DNA from: Candidatus Woesearchaeota archaeon
GTDB taxonomy: Archaea > Nanobdellota > Nanobdellia > Woesearchaeales > JAGVXP01
DNA: 64,000 bases
Assembly (NCBI GenBank): GCA_018303725.1
Contig: JAGVXP010000050.1
Location: forward strand, 13,579-77,578
Direction of reading: 5' to 3'
Shown: in pieces, positions 1-9,775 of the stretch
Numbering within the stretch: position 1 is the stretch's first letter
How the letters are laid out: each line of letters starts with the position of its first letter
Program-made: the position numbers and the translations under genes
Notes under the pieces: generated by a model
The model's input: the letters and a program-made list of their open reading frames with translations, nothing else
Told to the model about the DNA's origin: nothing
The model's database searches: none

Positions 1-8
1 TTTTAAGC

Positions 9-563
9 ATGGGAAAGAAAAAAAAGATATTAATAGAGGAAATCGAAATACCCAAAGAAGTTGAGGTTAGTATAGATAAAGTCACAATCTCTATTAAGGG
101 CAAAATGGGGGAAATAAAAAGAAGATTAGCTAGCAAAAAAGTAGAGTTATCCAAACAGGAGAATAAGGTGGTAATATCAGCTAAAAAAACATCCAAAAGA
201 GAGAAAAAAGTGATAAACAGCTTTAAAGCCCATATAAAAAATATGATTAGGGGGGCAACAGAAGGCCACAGATACGAATTAAAAATATGTTCAGGTCATT
301 TCCCAATGAATGTTTCTGTTAATAATAAAGAGTTTAGCGTTAAGAATTTTTTAGGTGAAAAAATACCTAGGACATTTAAGATAAAAGAGGGTGTTGATGT
401 CAAAGTTGAGGGGGATAAGGTTATTGTTGAAAGTATAGACAAAGAGTTGGCCGGTCATGTCAGTTCTGATATTGAACAACTTACTAGAAGAACAAAATAT
501 GATACTAGAATCTTTCAAGATGGGATATATATAACAAACAAAGATGGCAAAGAATTAAAATGA
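9..563 (+). CDS. rpl6: 50S ribosomal protein uL6 (L6P)
   Basis: Translation has the characteristic L6 two-domain pattern (ISIKGKMGEIKRRL... VKVEGDKVIVESIDKEL). First gene of the conserved uL6-eL32-eL19-uL18-uS5-uL30-uL15-secY order. Confidence 0.88.
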   Translation: MGKKKKILIEEIEIPKEVEVSIDKVTISIKGKMGEIKRRLASKKVELSKQENKVVISAKKTSKREKKVINSFKAHIKNMIRGATEGHRYELKICSGHFPMNVSVNNKEFSVKNFLGEKIPRTFKIKEGVDVKVEGDKVIVESIDKELAGHVSSDIEQLTRRTKYDTRIFQDGIYITNKDGKELK

Positions 564-1144
564 AGCAAGAGCTACTAAGTTTAAGGATAAAAATAAAATC
601 AAAAAAGCCGAAATTTATCAGACAGGATGCTCATAAAAAAGCTGAAATTTCTAAAAAATGGATAAGACCCAAAGGGATACATTCCAAGATGAGGCATAAT
701 TTTAAAGGGTACCGCAGATCAGTTTCAAGTGGATGGGGTTCACCAAAAAAGGTAAGGGGTTTGCATAAATCAGGATTAAAAATGGTTAACATTCATTCAT
801 TATCGGAGCTTGAAAGGATAGACAAGGGAAATGAGGGCATTATAATAGGAAAAGATGTTGGATTAAGAAAAAGATTGCTAATTGTCAAAGAAGCTGCTAA
901 TGATGGAATTAAAATATTAAATATAAGGGATGTAAATCAATTCATAAAGGATAGTGAAGAGCAGATTAAGAAGAAAAAAGAAGAAAAAATAAAAGAAGGA
1001 AAAGAGAGAAAGGAAAAAATAAAGGAGAAGGAGGAAAAGATTAAGGAAAAGAAAGAATTGGTTGATAAAATAGAGAAAGAAGAGGAAAAGATTAAGGAAA
1101 AGAAAGAGAAAGATAAAATTCTTACCAAAAAAGATTCAATGTGA
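560..1144 (+). CDS. rpl32e: 50S ribosomal protein eL32, with ~60-aa K/E-rich C-terminal extension
   Basis: KPKFIRQDAHKKAEISKKWIRPKGIHSKMR...GYRRSVSSGW matches eL32. The C-terminus is low-complexity KEKIKEKEEKIKEKK repeats. Confidence 0.85.
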   Translation: MKQELLSLRIKIKSKKPKFIRQDAHKKAEISKKWIRPKGIHSKMRHNFKGYRRSVSSGWGSPKKVRGLHKSGLKMVNIHSLSELERIDKGNEGIIIGKDVGLRKRLLIVKEAANDGIKILNIRDVNQFIKDSEEQIKKKKEEKIKEGKERKEKIKEKEEKIKEKKELVDKIEKEEEKIKEKKEKDKILTKKDSM

Positions 1145-1596
1145 TTATGATGGAACTAAAAATACAAAAAAGACTTGCTGCTGGCGTACTAAATTGCTCC
1201 GAAAAAAGGGTATGGTTTGACTCCAACAGATTGGAGGAGATAAAAGAAGCGATAACAAAAGTTGATATTAGGGGGCTGATTGATGATAATGCCATAAAAA
1301 GAAAAGCTGTAAAGGGCGTTTCAAGAGTTAGAGCAAGAAAAAGGATTTTACAGAGAAGGAAAGGAAGACAAAAGGGATTTGGCTCTAGGAAAGGTAAAAG
1401 AACGGCTAGGTTACCCAAAAAGGAAGCATGGATGGATAGGATTAGGGCTCAAAGAAAGCTTCTTAAGGAGCTGAGAATCAATAAACAAATCAATAAAAAA
1501 ACATATAGGGACATTTATTTGAAATGCAAGGGTGGTTTTTTCAGAAGTAGAAGACATATAATGTTATATTTGGAGGAACACGGCTTTAAAAAATGA
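1141..1596 (+). CDS. rpl19e: 50S ribosomal protein eL19
   Basis: LKIQKRLAAGVLNCSEKRVWFDSNRLEEI...VSRVRARKR is the eL19 signature. Operon position fits. Confidence 0.85.
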   Translation: MIMMELKIQKRLAAGVLNCSEKRVWFDSNRLEEIKEAITKVDIRGLIDDNAIKRKAVKGVSRVRARKRILQRRKGRQKGFGSRKGKRTARLPKKEAWMDRIRAQRKLLKELRINKQINKKTYRDIYLKCKGGFFRSRRHIMLYLEEHGFKK

Positions 1597-2186
1597 CCCA
1601 TAGAAAAAGATATAACGTGCCTTTTAAAAGAAAGAGGTTAGGAAGAACAAATTATAAGAAAAGATTAAAGATACTGCTATTTGGAAAATTAAGGCTGGTG
1701 GTTAGGAAATCATTGGATAATATAATGGCACAAATTATAGAATACAACCCCGAAGGGGATAAAGTGATATTGGCAGCCCATTCAAGAGAACTTGATAAGT
1801 TGGGTTGGAAGATAAACAAAGGAAACATCCCAACTGCTTATCTCGTTGGTTTATTATTGGGGCAAAAGGCAAAAAGGCAAAAAATTGAGGAATTAGTTCT
1901 TGATTTAGGACTTAATGATTCTATAAGGGGTTGCAGGATATATGCTGTGCTAAAAGGGCTTATTGATGCTGGAATAAGGATACCTCATTCAGAAGAGATA
2001 TTGCCGTCAAAAGAAAGAACAGAGGGTATACACATAGTGAATCATGCTAAAATTTTAAGGAGTAATAAGGAGGAATACGAAAAAAGGTTTGGTGGTTATA
2101 TCAAAAATAAGATAGATATTAATGAGATACCCAATTTATTTGAAGAAACAAGGAAAAAGGTAGTTGAGGTAGGAAAAAATGGATAA
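1593..2186 (+). CDS. rpl18: 50S ribosomal protein uL18 (L18P)
   Basis: RKRYNVPFKRKRLGRTNYKKRLKIL...LVVRKSL.NI.AQII is typical archaeal L18. Its start overlaps the stop of eL19. Confidence 0.85.
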   Translation: MTHRKRYNVPFKRKRLGRTNYKKRLKILLFGKLRLVVRKSLDNIMAQIIEYNPEGDKVILAAHSRELDKLGWKINKGNIPTAYLVGLLLGQKAKRQKIEELVLDLGLNDSIRGCRIYAVLKGLIDAGIRIPHSEEILPSKERTEGIHIVNHAKILRSNKEEYEKRFGGYIKNKIDINEIPNLFEETRKKVVEVGKNG

Positions 2187-3003
2187 AGACGAGAACAAAG
2201 AGGAGGAAGAAATTCTAGAGATACCTGGGGAGAAGATCGAAAAAGAAATAAAAAGGGAAGGCTTTGATAAAGAGGGCTGGAAGCCAAAAACCTCATTGGG
2301 TAAAAAAGTCAAAAATAACGAGATTAATGATATTGGAGAGATATTAGATAAAGGATTGAAAATATTAGAACCTGAGATAGTAGACCTGCTCTTACCCCAT
2401 TTAAATGTGGATTTATTGTTGATAGGGCAGTCAAAAGGTAAATTTGGTGGTGGCCAAAGAAGGGTATTCAAGCAAACACAGAAAAAAACATGCGAAGGCA
2501 ATAAACCAAAGTTTGCCGCATTTGCGGTTGTTGGAAACGAGAATGGTTATGTTGGTGTTGGATATGGAAAAAGCAGAGAGACAGTCCCTGCAAGGGAAAA
2601 AGCAATAAGAAATGCTAAACTCAACATAATAAAGATAAGAAGGGGCTGTGGCTCCTGGCAGTGTGAATGCAAAGAACCCCATACTACCCCTTACAGCGCA
2701 AAGGGCAAATGCGGTTCTGTTGAGATTGTGCTTATACCTGCACCAAAAGGAACAGGATTGCGTGTAGAATCAGAATGCCAAAAAATCCTAAAATTGGTGG
2801 GGATAAAAGATGTTTGGTCTAGGACAAGCGGGCAGACAAGGAGTAAGAACAATTTGATTTACGCTTGTATAGATGCATTAAAACAATTAGTCAAAACAAA
2901 GATTCAGTCAAAAGATATTGAAAAATTAGGTATAGTAGACGGAGAGATAATTAAGAAAGAAGAAGCTGCTGTACTAGAAGAAGAGGATAAAAACGATGAA
3001 TGA
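2179..3003 (+). CDS. rps5: 30S ribosomal protein uS5, with acidic N- and C-terminal extensions
   Basis: GWKPKTSLGKKV...QSKGKFGGGQRR.F...AFAVVGNENGYVGVGYGKSRE...IVLIPAPKGTGL are S5 dsRBD and C-terminal domain motifs. Confidence 0.9.
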   Translation: MDKDENKEEEEILEIPGEKIEKEIKREGFDKEGWKPKTSLGKKVKNNEINDIGEILDKGLKILEPEIVDLLLPHLNVDLLLIGQSKGKFGGGQRRVFKQTQKKTCEGNKPKFAAFAVVGNENGYVGVGYGKSRETVPAREKAIRNAKLNIIKIRRGCGSWQCECKEPHTTPYSAKGKCGSVEIVLIPAPKGTGLRVESECQKILKLVGIKDVWSRTSGQTRSKNNLIYACIDALKQLVKTKIQSKDIEKLGIVDGEIIKKEEAAVLEEEDKNDE

Positions 3004-3418
3004 AAATAATATAGGTTTAGAAAAAAACAGGAAATCAAAAAAGATAGCTATTATTAGGGTGAGGGGTACAACTGGGGTGATGAAACCAGTCAAAGACACC
3101 CTGAATATGCTCAGACTCTATAAGAAAAATTGTTGTGTAGTCTTAAATGATGGCCCAAATATAATTGGAATGATCAAAAAAGCCAAAGATTATATAACAT
3201 GGGGAGAGATAGACGATGAAACCTTAAAATTATTAACCAAAAAGAGGGGGGAAAAAACAAAGGACGAGGAAGGTAAAGAAACTATTAAACCTTTTTTTAG
3301 GTTAAATCCGCCAAGAAAAGGATTTGGCAGAAAAGGAATTAAATTGCCTTTCGGCGTTGGTGGAGCATTGGGAGACAGAAAAGATAAGATAAATGATTTA
3401 ATTAAAAGGATGGTTTAA
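2996..3418 (+). CDS. rpl30: 50S ribosomal protein uL30 (L30P)
   Basis: IAIIRVRGTTGVMKPVKDTLNMLRLYKKNCCVVLND is the L30 ferredoxin-like fold signature. Confidence 0.82.
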   Translation: MNENNIGLEKNRKSKKIAIIRVRGTTGVMKPVKDTLNMLRLYKKNCCVVLNDGPNIIGMIKKAKDYITWGEIDDETLKLLTKKRGEKTKDEEGKETIKPFFRLNPPRKGFGRKGIKLPFGVGGALGDRKDKINDLIKRMV

Positions 3419-3910
3419 ATGGTTGTTTATAAAAGAAAAAAGAATACAAGGCAAAGGGGCTCTCATACCCATGGCTGGGGATCCAAGAAAAAGCATAGAG
3501 GAGCTGGCCATAGGGGGGGAAGAGGCATGGCCGGTTCTGGCAAGAGGGCTGACCAAATAAAACCCTCTTTATGGAAAGAGAGATATTTTGGAAAGTTTGG
3601 TTTCAAGAAAAAGGGTGTAAAGGAAGACATAAAATCCATAAACATATGCGTTATTGATGAAAAAATTGGGGATTACATATCAAAAAAATTGATTGTAAAA
3701 GAAGATGATTTTTATGTTGTTGATTTAGAAAAGCTCGGTTATAACAAATTGTTAGGAAATGGAAGAATAAAAAGAAAGTTCAAAATAACAACGCCCTATG
3801 CTTCTAAAAAAGTGATTGAGCGAATCAAAAATGCCAATGGTATAGTTGTATTGACTAAACCACATAAATCAGAAGTTTCCCAACCTAAAGAGAAGGCAGA
3901 GGTAAGATAA
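3419..3910 (+). CDS. rpl15: 50S ribosomal protein uL15 (L15P)
   Basis: The glycine/basic N-terminus RGSHTHGWGSKKKHRGAGHRGGRGMAGSGKR is diagnostic of L15. Confidence 0.85.
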   Translation: MVVYKRKKNTRQRGSHTHGWGSKKKHRGAGHRGGRGMAGSGKRADQIKPSLWKERYFGKFGFKKKGVKEDIKSINICVIDEKIGDYISKKLIVKEDDFYVVDLEKLGYNKLLGNGRIKRKFKITTPYASKKVIERIKNANGIVVLTKPHKSEVSQPKEKAEVR

Positions 3911-3911
3911 G

Positions 3912-5378
3912 ATGTCTTTGTGGAGTACAATAATCAACAATTTACCTGAAGTTGGCGGCCCCACTCAAAAAAAGCTTAGCTTTAAGGAGAAGCTAAAATG
4001 GACTGCTATGATTCTGGTTATTTACTATATATTGGGCTTATTGCCCCTGTTTGGTTTAGCTAAAAATGCCTTAGAAAGGTTTGAGTTTCTATCCATTGTT
4101 CTGGCTGCCCAATTCGGTTCTATAATATCTTTAGGTATTGGCCCTATTGTTACAGCATCTATCGTTTTACAATTATTAAATGGTTCGGGTATAGTTAAAT
4201 TTGACCTAACAACAACCGAAGGAAAAAAGACCTTTCAAGGTGTACAAAAATTATTAGCAATATTTTTTATTATATTTGAAGCAACAATTTATGTGTCAAT
4301 GGGCGGATTAAGCACCGGGCAATATTATAATCCTGCAACAAATCAATTTTTAATTGAGGCTGTTCCTGGGGCAATCGCCCTTAGTGCCAGCATGGTAACT
4401 ACACTCAAATTTTTATTAATTTTCCAATTATTTATTGGAGGGATGATGATATTGTTTATGGATGAGGTGGTAAGCAAATGGGGTTTTGGTTCTGGTATCA
4501 GCCTATTTATTGCAGCAGGTGTTTCACAGAGCATATTTATACAGGCTTTTAATTGGTTGCCAGGCCCAACGGGTCTGAAAGGTATAACTTATTCAATTGG
4601 GGCTGTTCCAGCGTTATTCCAGAGTTTGGCTGCTGGTGATCCGACAACAGCCGGAATAAAACTTGCTGCCCTGATATCAACTATACTTGTTTTTGTAATT
4701 GTGGTTTATGCTCAGGCAATGAAAGTAGAAATCCCTCTAAGCTTTGGTAGAATCAGGGGTCATGGGATAAGGTGGCCGTTGAGTTTTATTTATACATCTA
4801 ACATCCCTGTCATATTGGTTGCTGCTTTATTGGCAAATGTGCAGCTGTGGGGGCGATTATTGCAAAATTGGGGGCATCCATTGCTTGGGACATTCTCTGC
4901 TGGTGGGCAACCTATAAGTGGCTTTGTTCTTTGGATACAGGGTGTTGATATAGTAAGGTCAATAATAGAGAAAAAAACATTCCTGATAGGTGCTGCTCCT
5001 TATATGCAGTCATTGGTTTATATGCTGTTTATGGTTGTTGGCTCAATGATATTTTCAATATTCTGGGTTCAAACAGCTGGAATGGATGCCAAAAGCCAGG
5101 CAAGACAGATGATGGCTTCTGGTTTGCAAATACCTGGTTTTAGGAAGGACCAAAGAGTTTTAGAAAGATTATTAAATAGATATATATGGCCGCTAACAAT
5201 AATGGGTGGTTTATCTATTGGTTTTTTAGCAGCATTGGCTGATTTAACTGGTGCTTTATCAAGAGGCACAGGTATATTATTGGCTGTTATGATTGTGTAC
5301 AGGCTTTATGAAGAAATAGCCAGGCAGCATATGATGGATATGAACCCAATGATGAGAAAGTTCATAGGAGGTATATGA
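3912..5378 (+). CDS. secY: Preprotein translocase subunit SecY
   Basis: 488 aa with 10 TM helices. LFGLAKNALERFEF...FGSIISLGIGPIVTASIVLQLL plug/TM2 motifs. Canonical position after uL15. Confidence 0.95.
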   Translation: MSLWSTIINNLPEVGGPTQKKLSFKEKLKWTAMILVIYYILGLLPLFGLAKNALERFEFLSIVLAAQFGSIISLGIGPIVTASIVLQLLNGSGIVKFDLTTTEGKKTFQGVQKLLAIFFIIFEATIYVSMGGLSTGQYYNPATNQFLIEAVPGAIALSASMVTTLKFLLIFQLFIGGMMILFMDEVVSKWGFGSGISLFIAAGVSQSIFIQAFNWLPGPTGLKGITYSIGAVPALFQSLAAGDPTTAGIKLAALISTILVFVIVVYAQAMKVEIPLSFGRIRGHGIRWPLSFIYTSNIPVILVAALLANVQLWGRLLQNWGHPLLGTFSAGGQPISGFVLWIQGVDIVRSIIEKKTFLIGAAPYMQSLVYMLFMVVGSMIFSIFWVQTAGMDAKSQARQMMASGLQIPGFRKDQRVLERLLNRYIWPLTIMGGLSIGFLAALADLTGALSRGTGILLAVMIVYRLYEEIARQHMMDMNPMMRKFIGGI

Positions 5379-6154
5379 TGCCAATATTAGATCCTTTATT
5401 TAATCCCTTACTGCAACTATCTGCGTTTTGGATAGTGTTTATAATAAGCTTTGTTGTGGCTGTGCTTATTATTGTAATTTACAAGTTTACCACCAATCAA
5501 GATTTGATGAAGCAATTAAAAGAAGAGATGAAATCATTGCAAAAAGAAATGAAAGAGTTAAGGGCGCACCCCGAAAAGATGCAGGAAGTGCAGAAGAAAG
5601 CCATGAAGACTAATATGAGATATATGTCCCACTCCATGAGGAGCACTTTAATAACCTTTATCCCAATAATTATCATCTTTGGTTGGATGAACATCCATAT
5701 AGCTTATGATCCTCTACTGCCTGGACAAGATTTTACAACTACTGTTGTGTTCGAGAAAGGTGCTGCTGGTGGTATCACATTAAAGGTTCCAGAGGGTGTA
5801 ACCCTTAATGGCAATGCAACCAAATATATAGAAGACAGTGAAGTTAAATGGCTCTTAAATGGCGAATCTGGAGAATATTTGCTGGAATATGAGTTTGACA
5901 ATAAGGTTTATATAAAGGAAGTTTTGATTACAAATGAACAAGCATATAAACCAGTTATTAAGGGAAAAAAATTTTTTGGTGGATCTGATGGGAACTCCCT
6001 TCCAAAAGACAGCCCTTTAAAAATGATTAAAACGGATAATAAGCCAAAAAAAGTATTAAACCTATTCGGATGGAAAATTGGGTGGTTAGGAGCATATATC
6101 ATCTTTTCCTTGATATTTAGTATATTGCTAAGAAAGATATTTAAAGTGTATTAG
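5375..6154 (+). CDS. DUF106-family membrane protein (archaeal Oxa1/YidC/EMC3-like insertase homolog) with extra C-terminal domain and TM
   Basis: The N-terminus [13 protein letters not shown]..(TM)..coiled coil [31 protein letters not shown]...[13 protein letters not shown] closely follows the MJ0480/DUF106 architecture. This family usually sits downstream of secY/adk. Confidence 0.75.
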   Translation: MMPILDPLFNPLLQLSAFWIVFIISFVVAVLIIVIYKFTTNQDLMKQLKEEMKSLQKEMKELRAHPEKMQEVQKKAMKTNMRYMSHSMRSTLITFIPIIIIFGWMNIHIAYDPLLPGQDFTTTVVFEKGAAGGITLKVPEGVTLNGNATKYIEDSEVKWLLNGESGEYLLEYEFDNKVYIKEVLITNEQAYKPVIKGKKFFGGSDGNSLPKDSPLKMIKTDNKPKKVLNLFGWKIGWLGAYIIFSLIFSILLRKIFKVY

Positions 6155-6155
6155 G

Positions 6156-6431
6156 GTGAGGAAAATGCCAAAACGCAGCTATAGATCAAGATCAATAAGA
6201 AAAATTTATATAAAAACACCCGGAGGAAAAACAGTTATTCATTATGAGAGAAAAAAGCCAAAAAAGGCACATTGTGGTAGTTGTGGCGCTATACTGAAAG
6301 GTGTTCCTAGGGAAAGACCTTACAAACTTAGAAAATTAGCTAAAACTCAAAGAAGGCCAGAAAGGCCCTATGGCGGTGTCCTTTGCTCCAAATGTGCTCG
6401 TTTATTGTTTATCCGAGAGGCAAGAAAATGA
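6156..6431 (+). CDS. rpl34e: 50S ribosomal protein eL34
   Basis: [26 protein letters not shown]...[12 protein letters not shown]...CSKC is an eL34 zinc-ribbon. Confidence 0.85.
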   Translation: MRKMPKRSYRSRSIRKIYIKTPGGKTVIHYERKKPKKAHCGSCGAILKGVPRERPYKLRKLAKTQRRPERPYGGVLCSKCARLLFIREARK

Positions 6432-6889
6432 TAGAAATCGGAAGATTGTGCTTGAAAATAGCGGGAAAAGAATCCGGAAAAAAATGTGTGATAGTTGATG
6501 TTATAGACGACAGTTATGTTATGGTAGATGGTGATGTAAAAAGAAAAAGATGTAACATAAAGCATTTGGAGCCTTTAGAGGGAACAATTAAAATAGAAAA
6601 AAATGCTTCTCACGATATGGTTGTCAAGGAATTCAAGAAATTGGCTATAGAAATTAAAGAGAGCAAGCCAAAAGAAAAGAAAGAAAAGCCAAAAAAAATA
6701 AGAGGAAAGAAAGAAAAAGTTGAAGTTAAAGAGGAGAAGCCAAAAAGAAAGGCATTATTAACAGTAGGTGCTAAAAAAGAGAAGAAAGAAACAAAAGCCA
6801 AGACTACAGAGAATAAAAAAGAAAAACCTGATAAACCCAAGGAAGAAAAGAAAGTTAAGAAAAAAATTGTTAAAGAGAATAAAAGCTAA
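6428..6889 (+). CDS. rpl14e: 50S ribosomal protein eL14 (KOW domain) with ~80-aa lysine-rich C-terminal tail
   Basis: [35 protein letters not shown] is the eL14 KOW motif. The ATG at 6428 is more plausible than the upstream ORF-track start overlapping eL34. The tail is KEKKEKPKK-rich. Confidence 0.8.
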   Translation: MIEIGRLCLKIAGKESGKKCVIVDVIDDSYVMVDGDVKRKRCNIKHLEPLEGTIKIEKNASHDMVVKEFKKLAIEIKESKPKEKKEKPKKIRGKKEKVEVKEEKPKRKALLTVGAKKEKKETKAKTTENKKEKPDKPKEEKKVKKKIVKENKS

Positions 6890-6932
6890 ATAGCCTTAAA
6901 ATAGCTAATTTTTTATACTAATCCTTATTATA

Positions 6933-7892
6933 TTGTATATAATGGCATACGCAACAGACATAATAGAGGATTCATTTAATAGAACAAGAGAGGCATTGTT
7001 CAAGCCTTTTAATTTAAAGAAATGGCTAAAGCTTGGATTTGTGTCTTTTATGGGTGCAAGACAAGGAAATCTTAATAATTTTAGGCTGGATAATAGTTTT
7101 AATAAAGTGAGTAATATCTCCAATTTCATTAAAAAGTGGTGGGCTCCCCTTCTTGGTTTTGGTGTGATGATTGGTGTTATATGGAGCGTTTTACAAAGCA
7201 TTTTTTATTTTGTGTTTATAGATTCAATAGTCAAAAACAAAGTAGAAATCAAAAAAAGCTTTAAGAAAAATGGGTATGTGGGCATTTCACTTTTTTTGTT
7301 TAGATTGACCATAGGGATGATATTCCTTACAATTATTGGATTGTTATCATTGCCTTTATTAATGCCCCTCATCCAAAATTTCAATAACCTAAGTTGGGAT
7401 ATAATAAGTATACCCTACCTTATATTGTTTATTATGTTATTTGTGGTAATGATTATTTTTCTTGGCCTTATTCATTTTGTTGTTAACAACATGGTGGCTG
7501 TTGATATGTATTATAGGAACATAAAATTTACTGCAGCATGGAAACAGGTTATTAAACTGGTCAAGAAAGAATTGAAAGAGGTATTTATATATTTTTTAAT
7601 GAAAATTGTACTGGGGATAGCTGGTGGTATTTTAGCTTTGATATTGATTCTGCCTTTAATGGTGATAATGTTTGCCTTCTTTTTTATGGTGGGTATTGTT
7701 GGTGCCTTCAGCCAATTCTTAGCATTACCTACTACGTTGATAGTGATATTTGTTGTTATAGGTTTTATTGGCTTACTAATATTTGGGTATATAGCAGCTG
7801 TTATAACATTGCCAATAGATGTATTTTTCATTAACTATATGCTTTTATTCTTTAATAAATTGATTGAGAACAATAAGGGATTACTGCATTGA
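6933..7892 (+). CDS. Polytopic membrane protein, unknown function
   Basis: 319 aa with about 7 hydrophobic helices. No recognisable catalytic motif. Confidence 0.4.
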   Translation: MYIMAYATDIIEDSFNRTREALFKPFNLKKWLKLGFVSFMGARQGNLNNFRLDNSFNKVSNISNFIKKWWAPLLGFGVMIGVIWSVLQSIFYFVFIDSIVKNKVEIKKSFKKNGYVGISLFLFRLTIGMIFLTIIGLLSLPLLMPLIQNFNNLSWDIISIPYLILFIMLFVVMIIFLGLIHFVVNNMVAVDMYYRNIKFTAAWKQVIKLVKKELKEVFIYFLMKIVLGIAGGILALILILPLMVIMFAFFFMVGIVGAFSQFLALPTTLIVIFVVIGFIGLLIFGYIAAVITLPIDVFFINYMLLFFNKLIENNKGLLH

Positions 7893-9533
7893 CTCAAACA
7901 AATTGGTTAGATTTAATTCAAATCCGACAACAGGAACCTCTAAACCATGATTGTCAAGAACATTTGGCGAAATCTCTCCAATATAAGCCACTTTTTTTCC
8001 ATTAACTATTACTCTGCCAACCCTGCCAGGGATAAAACTGTTATGCTCTGTTTCCTCTATAGTATATTTTAAATTTAAGGCTTTCATTAAAGAGTCTAAA
8101 GCCTGCCTTATTTCTGTATAATCAGCAACATTATTAGCTGAAACTAAGGCAATTCTTCTATAATCTCTAATTTCATCCCCTTTTCTAACTGCTACCGGGC
8201 CTTCTTCAAATATTTTTTGCGGATATTCAGAGTGCTTATTCTTTGACAGCACATCTAACAAAACGGGCAATATCCATGTTCTCAAGCAAGAATATGTCTC
8301 TGACATGAAATTTTCTATTTCAACAGTCCCAAAATCCCCTATATCTGCTTTTTTATAAAGAATTTCTTTGTTTGTTAAGATTGGGGAAATAATCTCTTGA
8401 TAACCTAAGCCTATAATAGTGTCCCTAACCTTATCCACAAATTCTATAATTTTAAATGTTGAACCTACCGTTAAGGTTGTTAACGGTAACTCGTTTATTT
8501 TATCGTAGCCATAAGCTATGGCAATATCCTCTATTATATCAACTGGATGCAGAATATCTCCCCTGTAAGGGGGGATCTTTATTTTACCAGCAAGATAGTC
8601 ATATTGCATTTTTTCTAATAACCTTTTTATGTTATAATCCTCCAAATCTAATCCCAGGAATGAATTTATCATTTCTTTCTTTAGTTTGATTGTTTCATCA
8701 AACAAATAGGGTGTTGTTATTGTTTTTGTTGGGTATTTAACAGCAACGGAATATATTGTAAAGCCCCTCTCGTACAAAGCTTGTGCAAATATATTTGTTG
8801 CTAACAAAACAGCATCCAAACTAGTGCCAGTAGCCTCAAAGAATAAATCCCCATCCCCTTCCTCTATTTTACCCGTTGTTGCTGAGTTAATAATTGGGGG
8901 GAAGCTTAAAACAGAATTTTTGGAATCAATTAATATGGGATATTTCTTTGCATCCTTTAAAATCCATGCATAATCCTTCCCTTTAGGATGTTCTTCAACT
9001 ATTTCCTGCTGTGTCATCTCTTTCCTGAAATCAAGAGGGATAAATTTTACAGATTCGGGATCGGTTGCCTTATAATAAACAGGGAAATTAATTTTACCAT
9101 ATTGATAAACACCAATTGCTACCTTTTCCCTTCTTCTTCCATAATTCTCGCATAATTTTTCCTGTAATTCAATCATCTGTTTTATCAGATAATCATTAAT
9201 CTTATGGCCCTTTGCAACAAAAGCAGCAACATATGGCCTCACATTACTCACTGACTTATCAACTATAAGCTTATAATCTGATTTGTTTATTTTTATTTTT
9301 GGAATTCCTTTCTGCTTTCCTAAAATTCCCTTAAACAGTCTAGCAACTCCCTCTACAGACCACAAGTAAGGCAGGTTTGTATCGCCAAAATCAACCTTAA
9401 CATCATCACTAGCTTTATTATAGCCTTCAAAATCTCCTTTGCCATATTGGGCTAGCTCTTGAACCTCATCAACTGACAGTTTTTTGCCTACCAATTTGTT
9501 TAAATCTTTTAATGAAAATGTTATTGTTGGCAT
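7881..9533 (-). CDS. pheT: Phenylalanyl-tRNA synthetase beta subunit (archaeal type)
   Basis: 550 aa. B3/4 and B5 regions plus a class-II-like C-terminal domain (GRVGRVIVNGKKVAYIGEISPNVL). Adjacent to pheS. Confidence 0.88.
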   Translation of the reverse strand: MPTITFSLKDLNKLVGKKLSVDEVQELAQYGKGDFEGYNKASDDVKVDFGDTNLPYLWSVEGVARLFKGILGKQKGIPKIKINKSDYKLIVDKSVSNVRPYVAAFVAKGHKINDYLIKQMIELQEKLCENYGRRREKVAIGVYQYGKINFPVYYKATDPESVKFIPLDFRKEMTQQEIVEEHPKGKDYAWILKDAKKYPILIDSKNSVLSFPPIINSATTGKIEEGDGDLFFEATGTSLDAVLLATNIFAQALYERGFTIYSVAVKYPTKTITTPYLFDETIKLKKEMINSFLGLDLEDYNIKRLLEKMQYDYLAGKIKIPPYRGDILHPVDIIEDIAIAYGYDKINELPLTTLTVGSTFKIIEFVDKVRDTIIGLGYQEIISPILTNKEILYKKADIGDFGTVEIENFMSETYSCLRTWILPVLLDVLSKNKHSEYPQKIFEEGPVAVRKGDEIRDYRRIALVSANNVADYTEIRQALDSLMKALNLKYTIEETEHNSFIPGRVGRVIVNGKKVAYIGEISPNVLDNHGLEVPVVGFELNLTNLFESMQ

Positions 9534-9535
9534 TT

Positions 9536-9775
9536 TTACTTCCTAACCAAAATTCTGATTAAATTGTATAATGCAAATACCGCCCATATCGCCTGCAAAA
9601 TGATGAAAGGTATGCTTTTCAACGTAAATGAATAGTATGCCAGTGATGCTCCCCCAATTAAATTTAGCAAATTATACAATTTTGAGTCTGTGTTGATTTT
9701 TTTAGATATGTTTAGTATAAAAGCTGTTAAAATAAACAACAAACCAGTATATCCGAAGTATATTGTGTTTACCAT
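9536..9775 (-). CDS. Small membrane protein (2-3 TM), unknown
   Basis: 79-aa hydrophobic ORF lying exactly between pheS stop and pheT start on the same strand. Confidence 0.3.
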   Translation of the reverse strand: MVNTIYFGYTGLLFILTAFILNISKKINTDSKLYNLLNLIGGASLAYYSFTLKSIPFIILQAIWAVFALYNLIRILVRK

